From an uncultured Gammaproteobacteria bacterium (GTDB taxonomy: Bacteria > Pseudomonadota > Gammaproteobacteria > JAURND01), in assembly GCA_963777715.1 (NCBI GenBank), contig CAVZRN010000010.1:86211-150210 (forward strand): a stretch of 64,000 nt of DNA, written 5' to 3'. This document shows, in pieces, positions 10,465 through 19,610 of this stretch. Made by a program: the position numbers and the translations under genes. Each line of letters starts with the position of its first letter. Position 1 is the first letter of the stretch. A model generated the notes under the pieces. That model was not told the DNA's origin. It was given only the letters and a program-made list of their open reading frames with translations, and made no database searches.

Positions 10465-11814
10465 TTAGCCTCTATCTCGAGGATCACGTGGATCACGCGA
10501 ATCATCAGGAATAGTGGGAGGTATACGGCTACCATCACCATCCGGGATAGTGGGTACCTCGTCTGGTTGACGGGGAATACGTGAACCATCACCACCACCA
10601 CCATTCCTGCCACCACCACTACGATCAGGAATATCTATATCAGGGCGTCGATTTATAGGTGGCAACGAACGACTGGGACGAGTCCCGGTATGATTATCAT
10701 CGCGTCGATGGGGGACATGCCCGCCACCACTTCTGCTGCCGCCTCTATGGTCATGGTCATGATCGCGGTGTGAATGATCACGATCGGGCATAAGATTGTG
10801 TTGCCTGCGTCGATGCGAAATAAGGGCGCTCAGGGCGCGTCTATGATGACCCGAGTGTTCAGATGAATGATCGTGATCTGCGCCATCAACCGTCTTTTGC
10901 GTGTTAGCCCTGGCGCCGTTTAGCGTTTGACTAGTGGATGTGAATAGTTGACTCATGCCCGTGAGCGATAACAATCCACTCAACGAAACACATATCGGTA
11001 ATACTTGCCTTAACACCATGAATGCAACAATGCCGACGCAGATAAATGGCAGAATACGTACCTCCTGCGATGCAGTTATGCTGGGATCCGCAGCATTTAA
11101 CGCCGCAGTTTCAATCACCACCATCATGGCTAACACGCTGGTGGTAATTACTGGAATCAGTGCAAAATTCAGCGCATTGCGCACCCAGCTATCAAATAAT
11201 CCACGCGTATTGTCCCAGAGCAGGAACATAATAAATATTGGCCCAACACCTAAGATAACTGCTAATGCCAGCTTGGCGTAAACCAGTAAACATAACCCCA
11301 TCGCACATGAGAATACATCAACCGCTGCAACTAAAAATGCATAGAAGGCTAACCCAATTTTACTTAAGGTCACTTGCTTCATTAGAACAGTGGCAATGTT
11401 CATACCCTGGTTAAATATGGTGTTGAGTGCCTGTGCCGCTGCCAATCCACCATCTGCGCCAGCCTGACCGGGATTGATAGTCTTGGCGATAATAATTGCC
11501 AGTTGATCGGGTTCGTTGGTAAAAATATTAAAAAAGAATTTATTGTAGAGTGACCAGTTAACAATAAGACCATATACAATCGTCATCAATATTAATCGCC
11601 GTATTAATACATGCACATCGGCAGAGGCAGAGCGCACCAGGAACGGATATCCCGCCATGACCACAAAGACTGTAAACAATATGGTAATTTCCGTCATATT
11701 ACTACTGACCAGATTTTGATATACCGCCTGCACGAAGTTACCAATTGACTGGTTTACAAGGTTCATGGTGTCGGTAAAAATTGTCTCAACACCTATGGTA
11801 GAAGTTGTAGCCAT
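10465..11814 (-). CDS. virB6: type IV secretion protein VirB6 (TrbL/VirB6) with a low-complexity C-terminal extension
   Basis: 449 aa. The polytopic core includes GVGPIFIMFLLWDNTRGLFDSWVRN. The last ~140 aa are rich in His/Asp/Arg/Gly/Pro. Confidence 0.85.
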   Translation of the reverse strand: MATTSTIGVETIFTDTMNLVNQSIGNFVQAVYQNLVSSNMTEITILFTVFVVMAGYPFLVRSASADVHVLIRRLILMTIVYGLIVNWSLYNKFFFNIFTNEPDQLAIIIAKTINPGQAGADGGLAAAQALNTIFNQGMNIATVLMKQVTLSKIGLAFYAFLVAAVDVFSCAMGLCLLVYAKLALAVILGVGPIFIMFLLWDNTRGLFDSWVRNALNFALIPVITTSVLAMMVVIETAALNAADPSITASQEVRILPFICVGIVAFMVLRQVLPICVSLSGLLSLTGMSQLFTSTSQTLNGARANTQKTVDGADHDHSSEHSGHHRRALSALISHRRRQHNLMPDRDHSHRDHDHDHRGGSRSGGGHVPHRRDDNHTGTRPSRSLPPINRRPDIDIPDRSGGGRNGGGGDGSRIPRQPDEVPTIPDGDGSRIPPTIPDDSRDPRDPRDRG

Positions 11815-11831
11815 TACTTTATTCCACTAGA

Positions 11832-12221
11832 TTAATTTTGTTTCTCACAAGGTGGCGGCTCTGGTGTTAAAACAAGCTTCCACAGCTGTGGATCTCTTAA
11901 ATCTTCAATAGTGGCATGCTTTGGCAATGCCCCACCGTTTGAAAGGCTTTTAAATATATCATTGGTGAGATCTGCACATTGCTTTTCGAATTCCGGTGCA
12001 GATTTTCTGTCAAGATAGTAGTTACCACACTGCAGCATTCCCCTCTGTGAAGAACCGTAGTTTATATACCTGATCGCCGTATCAGCATAGCCTGGCGTAT
12101 CAAGGATCGGGTTAGCGCGGTGCATGATACCCTTGCTGCAACTGGTTAAGATTAAGCAACCCATGACACACAGACTGGAAAATTTTAGTGAGTTAATTAT
12201 TTTTTTCATTGGCTTCACCAT
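11832..12221 (-). CDS. T4SS-associated lipoprotein (entry-exclusion-like or VirB7-like position)
   Basis: 129 aa (or 125 aa from the MKKIINS start). Lipobox is ILTSC. Lies between the virB5-like and virB6 genes. Confidence 0.55.
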   Translation of the reverse strand: MVKPMKKIINSLKFSSLCVMGCLILTSCSKGIMHRANPILDTPGYADTAIRYINYGSSQRGMLQCGNYYLDRKSAPEFEKQCADLTNDIFKSLSNGGALPKHATIEDLRDPQLWKLVLTPEPPPCEKQN

Positions 12222-12349
12222 TGATTGATTTTGGTTTTCACACCACAGAACGTGGCATGCTCGTCACATGGAGCATTTAACGTTCGCGAGGCGCATCCTG
12301 ACACCAGCACTGCATAAAATAATAAGATAAGAGAAACACTGGTCTTCAT
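12215..12349 (-). CDS. small lipoprotein, VirB7 candidate (not in the ORF track)
   Basis: My own translation of the minus strand gives MKTSVSLILLFYAVLVSGCASRTLNAPCDEHATFCGVKTKINQW (44 aa). Lipobox is VSGC. An AAGGA sequence lies ~9 nt upstream of the ATG, and the stop overlaps the ATG at 12219-12221, one candidate start of the next ORF. Confidence 0.55.
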   Translation of the reverse strand: MKTSVSLILLFYAVLVSGCASRTLNAPCDEHATFCGVKTKINQW

Positions 12350-12366
12350 CGTTAACGTTCCTTAGA

Positions 12367-13083
12367 TTATTGCGTAGGGGTTAAACTTTGCATCACTTCT
12401 ACCTGTGAGTTGACTTCATCCTGGGTTTGCAACGCCTGGTTTTGACTAATCAGGGAAATTTGTCGTAACACTTCTAAATTAATTAAATTTCCTTCCACTT
12501 GCAGGCGGTTCTGCAAATCCGTTGCCGCTTTTAAATCCGCAGTGTTTTCAATCTCCTGTTGCAACGCCTGTTGATTCTGTATCTGTTGTTCTATCTTGTT
12601 GTAATCTAATTGACTCGCTGCGCGTTGCGCCAGGGCTGTTTGTGCCTGCGTAGCGTAGAAACTCTGCTGAATTTTTGAGGGATTACCAGTTAACCCATCA
12701 GGTTGAATGGGAAACTGATTTGCCAGTTGTTGCACTACCTTGCCGTAGTCGCTGGAATCACCCCCACCTTGTGCAATCGATAGCACGCTATTCCAATCAT
12801 GGGTGCTATCTCCCCACGAGATTGCCTGTTGCGTCTTGCTAAAATTTTTGTCCCCTAAGCCATATTTTCCCGTCATCAATTTAGTAATGTCTGCATCCAT
12901 ATCCTTGATATCCTGACCCACTATCTTGGATAAATCCGCATCAACCATTGAAGTTCCGCTGTTTATTTCATTCAATACGTCCATAATGTCGGAAAATTCA
13001 TCGGCATATGCCGCATGTGAAAAAACAAATAATGTGCAAGCCAGGGTTATAGGTTTATTTAAAAAAGGTCTAATGATCTGCAT
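12367..13083 (-). CDS. virB5: VirB5-like minor pilus subunit
   Basis: 238 aa. Has a signal peptide (..FSHAAYA), a Gln-rich helical body, and the right size and position after virB4. No diagnostic motif, so the call is by context. Confidence 0.6.
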   Translation of the reverse strand: MQIIRPFLNKPITLACTLFVFSHAAYADEFSDIMDVLNEINSGTSMVDADLSKIVGQDIKDMDADITKLMTGKYGLGDKNFSKTQQAISWGDSTHDWNSVLSIAQGGGDSSDYGKVVQQLANQFPIQPDGLTGNPSKIQQSFYATQAQTALAQRAASQLDYNKIEQQIQNQQALQQEIENTADLKAATDLQNRLQVEGNLINLEVLRQISLISQNQALQTQDEVNSQVEVMQSLTPTQ

Positions 13084-15523
13084 TTTTTAGCTGCCTCACT
13101 TTTTGTCTGAACACCGGTAGCCAGGTTGAAGGTTCATCACCTAACTCTGCGCGCAGGCTGTCCAATAACATCACCGATTTTTCGGTAGCGGAAATAACCG
13201 CAATTTCATCTTCCATTCCTTCCAAGTTAGCACGCAACACCACCGATTCCTTCCCGCGACCATAATTTAACAAGAAGCAATGCGAATCTTGGCTAAGACG
13301 TTTTACTATGTCATATTCTGATTCGCTCAATCCCAAGTGTGTCACGTAGGTGTCGTAATCGGCAGAGGGATTTGGAAAGAAAATTTTGCATGCAGCCGCT
13401 TCATTAATCGTCGCACTAATGCTGGAGTTAACCGTGTCCTTAGCTGATTGCGTTGCCAACCCAAGGAAGCGATCCTTCTTGCGCGGCGTTCGGGTTTCGT
13501 CATTGATGATGTGCTTAAAATATTCATCATTCATCAAGTTAAAGCCTTCGTCAGCAAAGATCATACTGCGTTGCCCCTTCATCATTTGGCGGCATTTATA
13601 TAGCAAGTACATACATGCTGGTGTCTTGCACATAGCATCCGACAAGATTTCGCCCATATCAAACCCAAGAACACTAACATCAAACGTTAGGCTGTCGTTC
13701 TTGTTATCAAATAGCCACGCGTACTTACCATTACTGTGCCACTCATCCCAACGATGGCGAATGGAATTTTGCTGTTTAGCGCCAAAAAAAGGCGCAATGT
13801 GACATAACTGACGTTCGGAAAAATCTAGCCGATACATGCCTTCGATCGCCAACTCGATTAAATCAGCATCACTTTGTAATAGTGGATCGCCACCTGGAAA
13901 CAGCATCCTGGCAAATAAATTCGATAGGAATTTACGATTGTCTGCGGTATCTTCCAGTTGACAGGGGTTAAACCCCGTAGGCGTACCGGGCTTAATAATT
14001 TCGTACACGCCATTTATAGCACGCACCATAATTTCCAAGCCCCGATCTTTATCGAAAACCAGGCGTTTACCACCGAACTTCATGCTTTGCAAAATAAGAA
14101 ACCCGATCAACACCGTCTTACCGCTGCCAGTTGCACCATACACTAAAAAATTACCTACATCTTTGTAATGAAAGTTAAAGTAGTAGGGACTACCCGCCAA
14201 GGTTTCAAACAATGTCACCGCATCGCCCCAGTGGTTACCAGTTAACTTTCCGCCGGCGGCATTGTGCATACTGGCAAGCGCAGCCATATTCTTAGTAGAG
14301 ATAGTAGCCTTACGTGCTATATAGCTAAAATTACCCGGCAATTGCGCCCAGTATTCGGTTTCGGCAGCCACGTCCTCTCGCACACAGATAATATCTAAAT
14401 CAATAAACCTTGCCACAATATGACCAATCGCATCGGTAAGTTGCGCCTGGCTATCAGCAAAACAAACCAGGCTGAAATGATGTGCGCCAAACCCAACCTC
14501 GCCACTAGCGGCATCATCTAACGCTTGTTCAAGTTGATCTATGTGTCTGCTGGATTCATCGCTAGCCTGACTCATGTCCTTTTTTTGATCACGCACCTTA
14601 CTCTTGGTGGCATGTCGCTCGTAAAAACGGTACGACTGGGTAATGATATATTCCACTGATAATTTACTTATTTCATCTAACATGCCTGCATACGTGTTTG
14701 GCGTGTATTGCTTGATAGACAACACCGCAGCAAATTTTTTGCCGCCGTCAGCATGGCGTATTTCGATGGTCCCGGAACGGCGATTAAAGAATAGGCGGTT
14801 GCGCATTAATGCCCTGGTTGCATCTGGCGTTTCAAACAAAACAGCATGTGGGCTACCATTAAGGATTTGGCTAATTAATTCCAGTGGTCTTGAAAAACGT
14901 AAGCCATTTTTTTTATAGGTCGTTAGCACTTCCGGCTTATAGCTAACCAGCGTATGCAATATTTTTCGCTTTATTTGTTCCAACTCTATTCGCCTTTTGG
15001 CTAGATATTTTCTCTTGGTTTCTTTGTCGGCTTTATGACTTAGTTGTTGGAATTGATTTAGTCCCTTATAAATAATGCCTTCGGGTGGCTTGGTAATAAC
15101 CGCCAAATACAGTTGGTTGACATGCATTTCGCGTTTGCAAATAATTTCCCGGTACTTAGCATTAACTGATCTTGCATAAGAATTTTCAAACTCACCCGCC
15201 GGAAAAGTTACTTGCTTATTACGTATCTGCCAAAAATATAACGCGTAGTCTGATGTAAATCCTTTTAACAAATTATTGCGTCGATGTTTCTGCGTATCGA
15301 GCACAATATCAGCCTGGGTCGATGGATCTATGCCTGCTATTTTAAAAATCATGATGAGCTTTCCACCCTTATCTATTAACGTTTCATGATCGTAATGTCC
15401 GATGATGTTAATTTTTTTTGCAGCTGGCGTTTCACGGCGCGTTAAGAAATCCAATGAATTTGGCAGCCGCTGTTTAAGAATTTGTATTTTTTCTTTATTT
15501 CCCAACATCTCAACCAGGCTCAT
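13070..15523 (-). CDS. virB4: type IV secretion ATPase VirB4
   Basis: 817 aa. Walker A is GATGSGKT, and the length and organisation are CagE/TrbE/VirB4-like. It overlaps both flanking genes. Confidence 0.93.
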   Translation of the reverse strand: MSLVEMLGNKEKIQILKQRLPNSLDFLTRRETPAAKKINIIGHYDHETLIDKGGKLIMIFKIAGIDPSTQADIVLDTQKHRRNNLLKGFTSDYALYFWQIRNKQVTFPAGEFENSYARSVNAKYREIICKREMHVNQLYLAVITKPPEGIIYKGLNQFQQLSHKADKETKRKYLAKRRIELEQIKRKILHTLVSYKPEVLTTYKKNGLRFSRPLELISQILNGSPHAVLFETPDATRALMRNRLFFNRRSGTIEIRHADGGKKFAAVLSIKQYTPNTYAGMLDEISKLSVEYIITQSYRFYERHATKSKVRDQKKDMSQASDESSRHIDQLEQALDDAASGEVGFGAHHFSLVCFADSQAQLTDAIGHIVARFIDLDIICVREDVAAETEYWAQLPGNFSYIARKATISTKNMAALASMHNAAGGKLTGNHWGDAVTLFETLAGSPYYFNFHYKDVGNFLVYGATGSGKTVLIGFLILQSMKFGGKRLVFDKDRGLEIMVRAINGVYEIIKPGTPTGFNPCQLEDTADNRKFLSNLFARMLFPGGDPLLQSDADLIELAIEGMYRLDFSERQLCHIAPFFGAKQQNSIRHRWDEWHSNGKYAWLFDNKNDSLTFDVSVLGFDMGEILSDAMCKTPACMYLLYKCRQMMKGQRSMIFADEGFNLMNDEYFKHIINDETRTPRKKDRFLGLATQSAKDTVNSSISATINEAAACKIFFPNPSADYDTYVTHLGLSESEYDIVKRLSQDSHCFLLNYGRGKESVVLRANLEGMEDEIAVISATEKSVMLLDSLRAELGDEPSTWLPVFRQKVRQLKNADH

Positions 15524-15812
15524 AGCTATTAACTCCTCCCCAAAACCAAAAGTTTTTAACCATGAATGTCCTGGCGAATGCTGTCGTCCATAAGGACAAA
15601 AAATTAGCGTCCCTTGCCGAACAGCGTAATAGGATAACGTGATTTATTACAAACAAACCTGTGCCCCAAAATGATTTAGTATAAATACAGCTTAAAACCC
15701 CAATAGACAGGTTAATCAGGAATAAATTAAAATTAACTCCAGCGAACATAGCCGGACGAGTCATTCCCAGCGCCAGTGCATCTATTTCTAATGTGTAATT
15801 TAAAGTTGGCAT
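15510..15812 (-). CDS. virB3: type IV secretion protein VirB3
   Basis: 100 aa. Contains LALGMTRPAMFAGV followed by a TM segment, directly upstream of virB4. Confidence 0.85.
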   Translation of the reverse strand: MPTLNYTLEIDALALGMTRPAMFAGVNFNLFLINLSIGVLSCIYTKSFWGTGLFVINHVILLRCSARDANFLSLWTTAFARTFMVKNFWFWGGVNSYEPG

Positions 15813-15819
15813 CGTCTGG

Positions 15820-16161
15820 TTACGGTGTTATCAGCGACTTCACGCCAGTGACGATTGCTGGCGCGCCAAACACAATGCAAATGCCACTGATTGTACCGAA
15901 GAAATACATCCAACCGAGCCTACCGAATTTGCACAATAATCCAACAATCGTTACCGCAATTGTCGCAATGGTTACCCCAGTCGCCCCATACATCGCGTCT
16001 AACCAATATTGACCACCCTCGCTAATGGGGGTTTCCCCACTTGCAGCCCATGCGAAAATTGGTATCAACATTAGGCTGTTACATAACCCAATTAGAACAC
16101 ACCACTTATTAAATTTTTTTCTCATGTTTAAGACACCTCTTAAGTCATTGACCAAGTCCAT
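15820..16161 (-). CDS. virB2: VirB2/TrbC-family pilin
   Basis: Long signal sequence ending AWA, then two hydrophobic helices. The likely true start is MRKKFNK at 16125. First gene of the operon. Confidence 0.8.
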   Translation of the reverse strand: MDLVNDLRGVLNMRKKFNKWCVLIGLCNSLMLIPIFAWAASGETPISEGGQYWLDAMYGATGVTIATIAVTIVGLLCKFGRLGWMYFFGTISGICIVFGAPAIVTGVKSLITP

Positions 16162-16221
16162 TCATTAATCACTTCTCCACACAACAATCCTGTAATACTA
16201 AACAGTTATTTTTGATATTCA

Positions 16222-16242
16222 TATAGGTGAAAAATACCTATA
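16222..16242. promoter_or_regulatory. 21-bp palindrome TATAGGT-N7-ACCTATA between the luxR-like gene and virB2
   Basis: Perfect 7-bp arms with a 7-nt spacer, read directly from the sequence, in the 101-nt gap upstream of virB2. This is a candidate operator. Confidence 0.35.
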
Positions 16243-16262
16243 GGGTTTTTATTTTTAATCGA

Positions 16263-16991
16263 CTAGATTCTACTGATCCGGACAGCCAGTATTTCTAACA
16301 ATCCCTTTATGGTGTAACTGCCTCGTGCTTTTTCCCTTATTTTTCCCAAGTGGTTATCTAATGTTTTGTGGGTAATATCTAAAAAGTAGCTGGCTTTTTT
16401 ACTGCTTCTGTATTTTAATAAGCTAAGTAAACAATCTATCTCTCGTAAGGAAAATTTTAGTTTAATGCCTTCTTGAAAATTTATATGTTTCATGAACCAC
16501 AAATTGGCTGCTACCTTGTCGGCATAAAAGTTAAAATATAACTCCCTGATCGTAGTCACGCTTTCCATCCTGGTGACATCAAGGCTCATGGTTAAAATAC
16601 CTCTGACATTTTTTTTATCATTGAAAATTGGTGACTTCACAATTGAATGCACAACGACATAGCCTGTTTTGTTTAAAAATGATTTGTGATTTATGTGCAG
16701 TGCTTTTTTATGCTTCACCACCCAAAGATCAGCGTGGTGTATTTCTTGTACAAACGCATCTGACCATTTATCACGCATGATCTCCTTTCTAAGATCAAAT
16801 ATGGTCTTGCCCATTATTTGAGTTTCCTGCTGTAGATTATAGACATCGAGATTGGCCTGATTGGAAATTTGATAGGTAAGGCCTGTGCTCTCTTTAAAGT
16901 GAGCAATCTCAGGGAAGTTATAAATAAAATCGGGCAATGAATATGCTATAAGATCCTCCCCAGTAAAGTTTTTATGCATTTTACCATCCAA
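16263..16991 (-). CDS. LuxR/GerE-family transcriptional regulator with an N-terminal sensor-like domain
   Basis: 242 aa. The C-terminal HTH is LSLREIDCLLSLLKYRSSKKASYFLDITHKTLDNHLGKIREK. The N-terminal ~170 aa look PAS-like (inference). Confidence 0.75.
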   Translation of the reverse strand: MDGKMHKNFTGEDLIAYSLPDFIYNFPEIAHFKESTGLTYQISNQANLDVYNLQQETQIMGKTIFDLRKEIMRDKWSDAFVQEIHHADLWVVKHKKALHINHKSFLNKTGYVVVHSIVKSPIFNDKKNVRGILTMSLDVTRMESVTTIRELYFNFYADKVAANLWFMKHINFQEGIKLKFSLREIDCLLSLLKYRSSKKASYFLDITHKTLDNHLGKIREKARGSYTIKGLLEILAVRISRI

Positions 16992-17075
16992 TCAGAAGTA
17001 TAAAAATATACTATGTTTAAAAAATGATATAATATGTGTTATTTTGTACTATAGCAATACCGTATTTGCAAGGGG

Positions 17076-17300
17076 GTGAGTAAGGTGACTGAAAAATTGA
17101 CTAACTACGATCCTGCCGAGGATCTAACCTCTGAAGAAGCAATGGCAATCTTCATGACGGAGGCACTTGAGACAAACGACGCTGGCTACATCGTGCATGC
17201 ACTTGGTGTGGTCGCTCGTGCGATTGGTATAACATCCCCCTATTTTTTGACCTCATGTCTGTGTATCCTTTCAGAGTTAAGTATCGTTAACTCTCATTAA
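17076..17300 (+). pseudogene. truncated addiction-module antidote (HigA-family) remnant
   Basis: The N-terminus YDPAEDLTSEEAMAIFMTEALETNDAGYIVHALGVVARA matches the conserved leader of antidote proteins. The HTH part is missing and no toxin partner is present. Confidence 0.5.
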
Positions 17301-17301
17301 T

Positions 17302-17856
17302 ATGCCCCAATACAACCACCAGGACTTAATCGGTTTATTCAACCATCTATTTATGCACACCGAACAAACTGTGTTGGTGGCAGGTAGCGCTGAACCTGTT
17401 TATTTACCACCCGATCAAGATTGTGCGTTTCACCGTATTATTTTCACCCAGGATTATTACGCCAGTGCATTGCATGAAGTTGCGCATTGGTGTATTGCAG
17501 GTAAACAACGGCGTCAACGAATTGATTATGGTTATTGGTATAATCCTGATGGGCGCGATGCTGAGCAACAACAGTTATTTCAACTGGCAGAGGTGAAGCC
17601 GCAGGCGTTAGAGTGGATATTTTCTGCGGCAGCTGGTATAAAATTTCACCTTAGTCAGGATAATCTATCTGCCAATCATACCGCGGATAATCGCTTCGCC
17701 GACGACGTTTACCAGCAAGCATATACTTATTTAATTAATGGCTTACCAGCACGGGCAGAAAAATTTAAGCAAGCATTATTGGATTTTTATGTTGGTGATT
17801 CCACAAAAAATATAACACTGCGTCTTGAAGACATCATGATCCAGAATATTCTATGA
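17302..17856 (+). CDS. epmC: elongation factor P hydroxylase
   Basis: 184 aa, colinear with E. coli YfcM/EpmC. Shared segments are YASALHEVAHWCIAGKQRR, DYGYWYNPDGRDA and EVKPQALEWIF. Confidence 0.85.
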   Translation: MPQYNHQDLIGLFNHLFMHTEQTVLVAGSAEPVYLPPDQDCAFHRIIFTQDYYASALHEVAHWCIAGKQRRQRIDYGYWYNPDGRDAEQQQLFQLAEVKPQALEWIFSAAAGIKFHLSQDNLSANHTADNRFADDVYQQAYTYLINGLPARAEKFKQALLDFYVGDSTKNITLRLEDIMIQNIL

Positions 17857-18923
17857 ACACACACGAAAATTTTCCTTTTGCCAAGTTACTGCTTTCCTGG
17901 TATGACAAGCAGGGTCGTAATCATTTACCCTGGCGTCAAACTATTTCTGCTTATCGTGTATGGGTATCAGAAATTATGTTACAACAAACGCAGGTCAAGA
18001 CCGTCATTCCTTACTTTGAACGATTTATAGCGCGTTTTCCGACCGTTAATGAATTAGCCCATGCAACTGAAGATGAAGTACTACATCTGTGGACTGGACT
18101 GGGCTACTACGCAAGGGGACGTAACCTACATCGCGCTGCACAATATATCGTTAATCATCATAATGGTTTATTTCCTACTACATTAGAAGATATACAAGCA
18201 TTACCTGGGATTGGCCGCTCAACGGCAGGCGCCATTTTGGCAATTGCTACAGGAAGGAAGGCAGCTATTTTAGACGGAAATGTAAAACGCGTATTAGCAC
18301 GTTTTCATCGGGTTGTTGGTGTTCCCTCACAAACCACTGTGACTAAACAATTATGGGAACTGGCAGAACAGTACACGCCGGAAAAACAAACAGCCGATTA
18401 TACACAGGCGATTATGGATTTAGGCGCATTGATTTGTACACGTACTAAACCTTTGTGCGAACTATGTCCGGTTGCATCGGGCTGCCAGGCATATTTACAT
18501 CACGATCAAGATCAATTCCCGACTCCAAAACCCAGAAAGATAATCCCACTACGTGAAATTAATATGCTTATTTTTCATGATAAGAAAAGTAATCGCGTAT
18601 TTCTGGAGAAACGTCCTCCCGTTGGCATTTGGGGAGGGTTATGGGGTTTTCCAGAATGCGCAATAGATACTAATATCATCGAATGGTGCGCAACCAATTT
18701 GCATATCAAGGTGGAGAAGACACAAACGCTGGCTCCATTTAAACATACGTTTAGTCATTTTCAATTGATGATTAACCCAATATATATTAGCCACTACCAC
18801 GAAACACCAGGTGTAATGGACTCAGATAGCTACATCTGGTATACACTGGATACACCAACTGCACGTGGTTTTGCCGCGCCGGTTAAGCAGTTGCTAACCA
18901 CTTTGGTTAAGATTATTCGCTAA
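17853..18923 (+). CDS. mutY: A/G-specific adenine DNA glycosylase
   Basis: 356 aa. Contains VWVSEIMLQQTQV, the HhH-GPD motif GLGYYARGRNLH...LPGIGRSTAGAI, and a Cys cluster (CTRTKPLCELCPVASGC). The last 8 codons differ from the duplicated remnant at 19611..19718. Confidence 0.93.
   Translation: MNTHENFPFAKLLLSWYDKQGRNHLPWRQTISAYRVWVSEIMLQQTQVKTVIPYFERFIARFPTVNELAHATEDEVLHLWTGLGYYARGRNLHRAAQYIVNHHNGLFPTTLEDIQALPGIGRSTAGAILAIATGRKAAILDGNVKRVLARFHRVVGVPSQTTVTKQLWELAEQYTPEKQTADYTQAIMDLGALICTRTKPLCELCPVASGCQAYLHHDQDQFPTPKPRKIIPLREINMLIFHDKKSNRVFLEKRPPVGIWGGLWGFPECAIDTNIIEWCATNLHIKVEKTQTLAPFKHTFSHFQLMINPIYISHYHETPGVMDSDSYIWYTLDTPTARGFAAPVKQLLTTLVKIIR
18813..18895 (+). repeat. 83-bp direct repeat, copy 1 (mutY 3' end)
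   Basis: Identical to 19611..19693 except for one mismatch (ggttaaGcag vs ggttaaAcag). Confidence 0.95.
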
Positions 18924-18969
18924 GTTATCCACAATTCGTTAAGAGGGATTTAACGGTTTTGCATAGCCC

Positions 18970-19497
18970 CTATAATATAATACAACCCTTTTTCATTGTG
19001 TCCCTGTGCTCCGACTCATCACTATGGTCAGCATCGTCTGTATCTGGTGAACAAGCGCTTATTAACTCGTCATGCATTGAGATTTTTTTAGAGTCCTGTG
19101 GGGGAGGAAATATTTGACCGGAAGTAGAAGCAAACACACTTGAAGAATTAATTTGGTCCGAGTTAGTAGAGAGAGTATTATTTTTCTTATATGCTAGTAT
19201 TGACATTGCTTTTTTACATTCCTCTAATAAACGCTCCTCAAGTGGAGTTCTCTTTTCTATTAAACTAAGTGCATTATAGTCCTCCTGAACACGTCTAGTA
19301 TGTTCTTCAATACTCCTATATTCTCTTCCCGCAACCTGATCTACAAGAGCAATTCTATGGAGAGGAATCTCTATTGTCTCACCACCAGGATTGGAAGAAG
19401 GCGGTTCGAATTTGGACAAGAACGCGCTATGCTCTCCCTCGCTTCGCGATGTTATATCTTGTTCTTTTTTCTGTACTTTAGATTTTTCATCACTCAT
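18970..19497 (-). CDS. hypothetical protein ending in a CaaX box (candidate host-prenylated effector)
   Basis: 175 aa, acidic and Ser-rich. The C-terminus ...MKKGCIIL-stop was verified on the minus strand (ATG AAA AAG GGT TGT ATT ATA TTA TAG). The gene is AT-rich (17/60 G+C in the line starting 19141). Confidence 0.6.
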   Translation of the reverse strand: MSDEKSKVQKKEQDITSRSEGEHSAFLSKFEPPSSNPGGETIEIPLHRIALVDQVAGREYRSIEEHTRRVQEDYNALSLIEKRTPLEERLLEECKKAMSILAYKKNNTLSTNSDQINSSSVFASTSGQIFPPPQDSKKISMHDELISACSPDTDDADHSDESEHRDTMKKGCIIL

Positions 19498-19610
19498 ATA
19501 TCCTCCCGTTTCATTAATAGGTTAAGATTAAAATAATACTTTGTTGCACTATAATAAGCCAGCATAAGACCAACATTTGCTTAACGCTTTTACAGACAAA
19601 TACCATGCAT

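Noticed and set aside
18925-18933. A perfect DnaA box TTATCCACA just after the mutY stop.
   Set aside because: This is a single isolated 9-mer, and about two perfect matches are expected by chance in a window of this size. I report it only as context for the cluster at 21.9-22.0 kb.
19385-19400. A tRNA-like T-arm string ggcggttcgaatttgg.
   Set aside because: It lies inside the 175-aa ORF. No acceptor, anticodon or D-arm pairing can be drawn around it.
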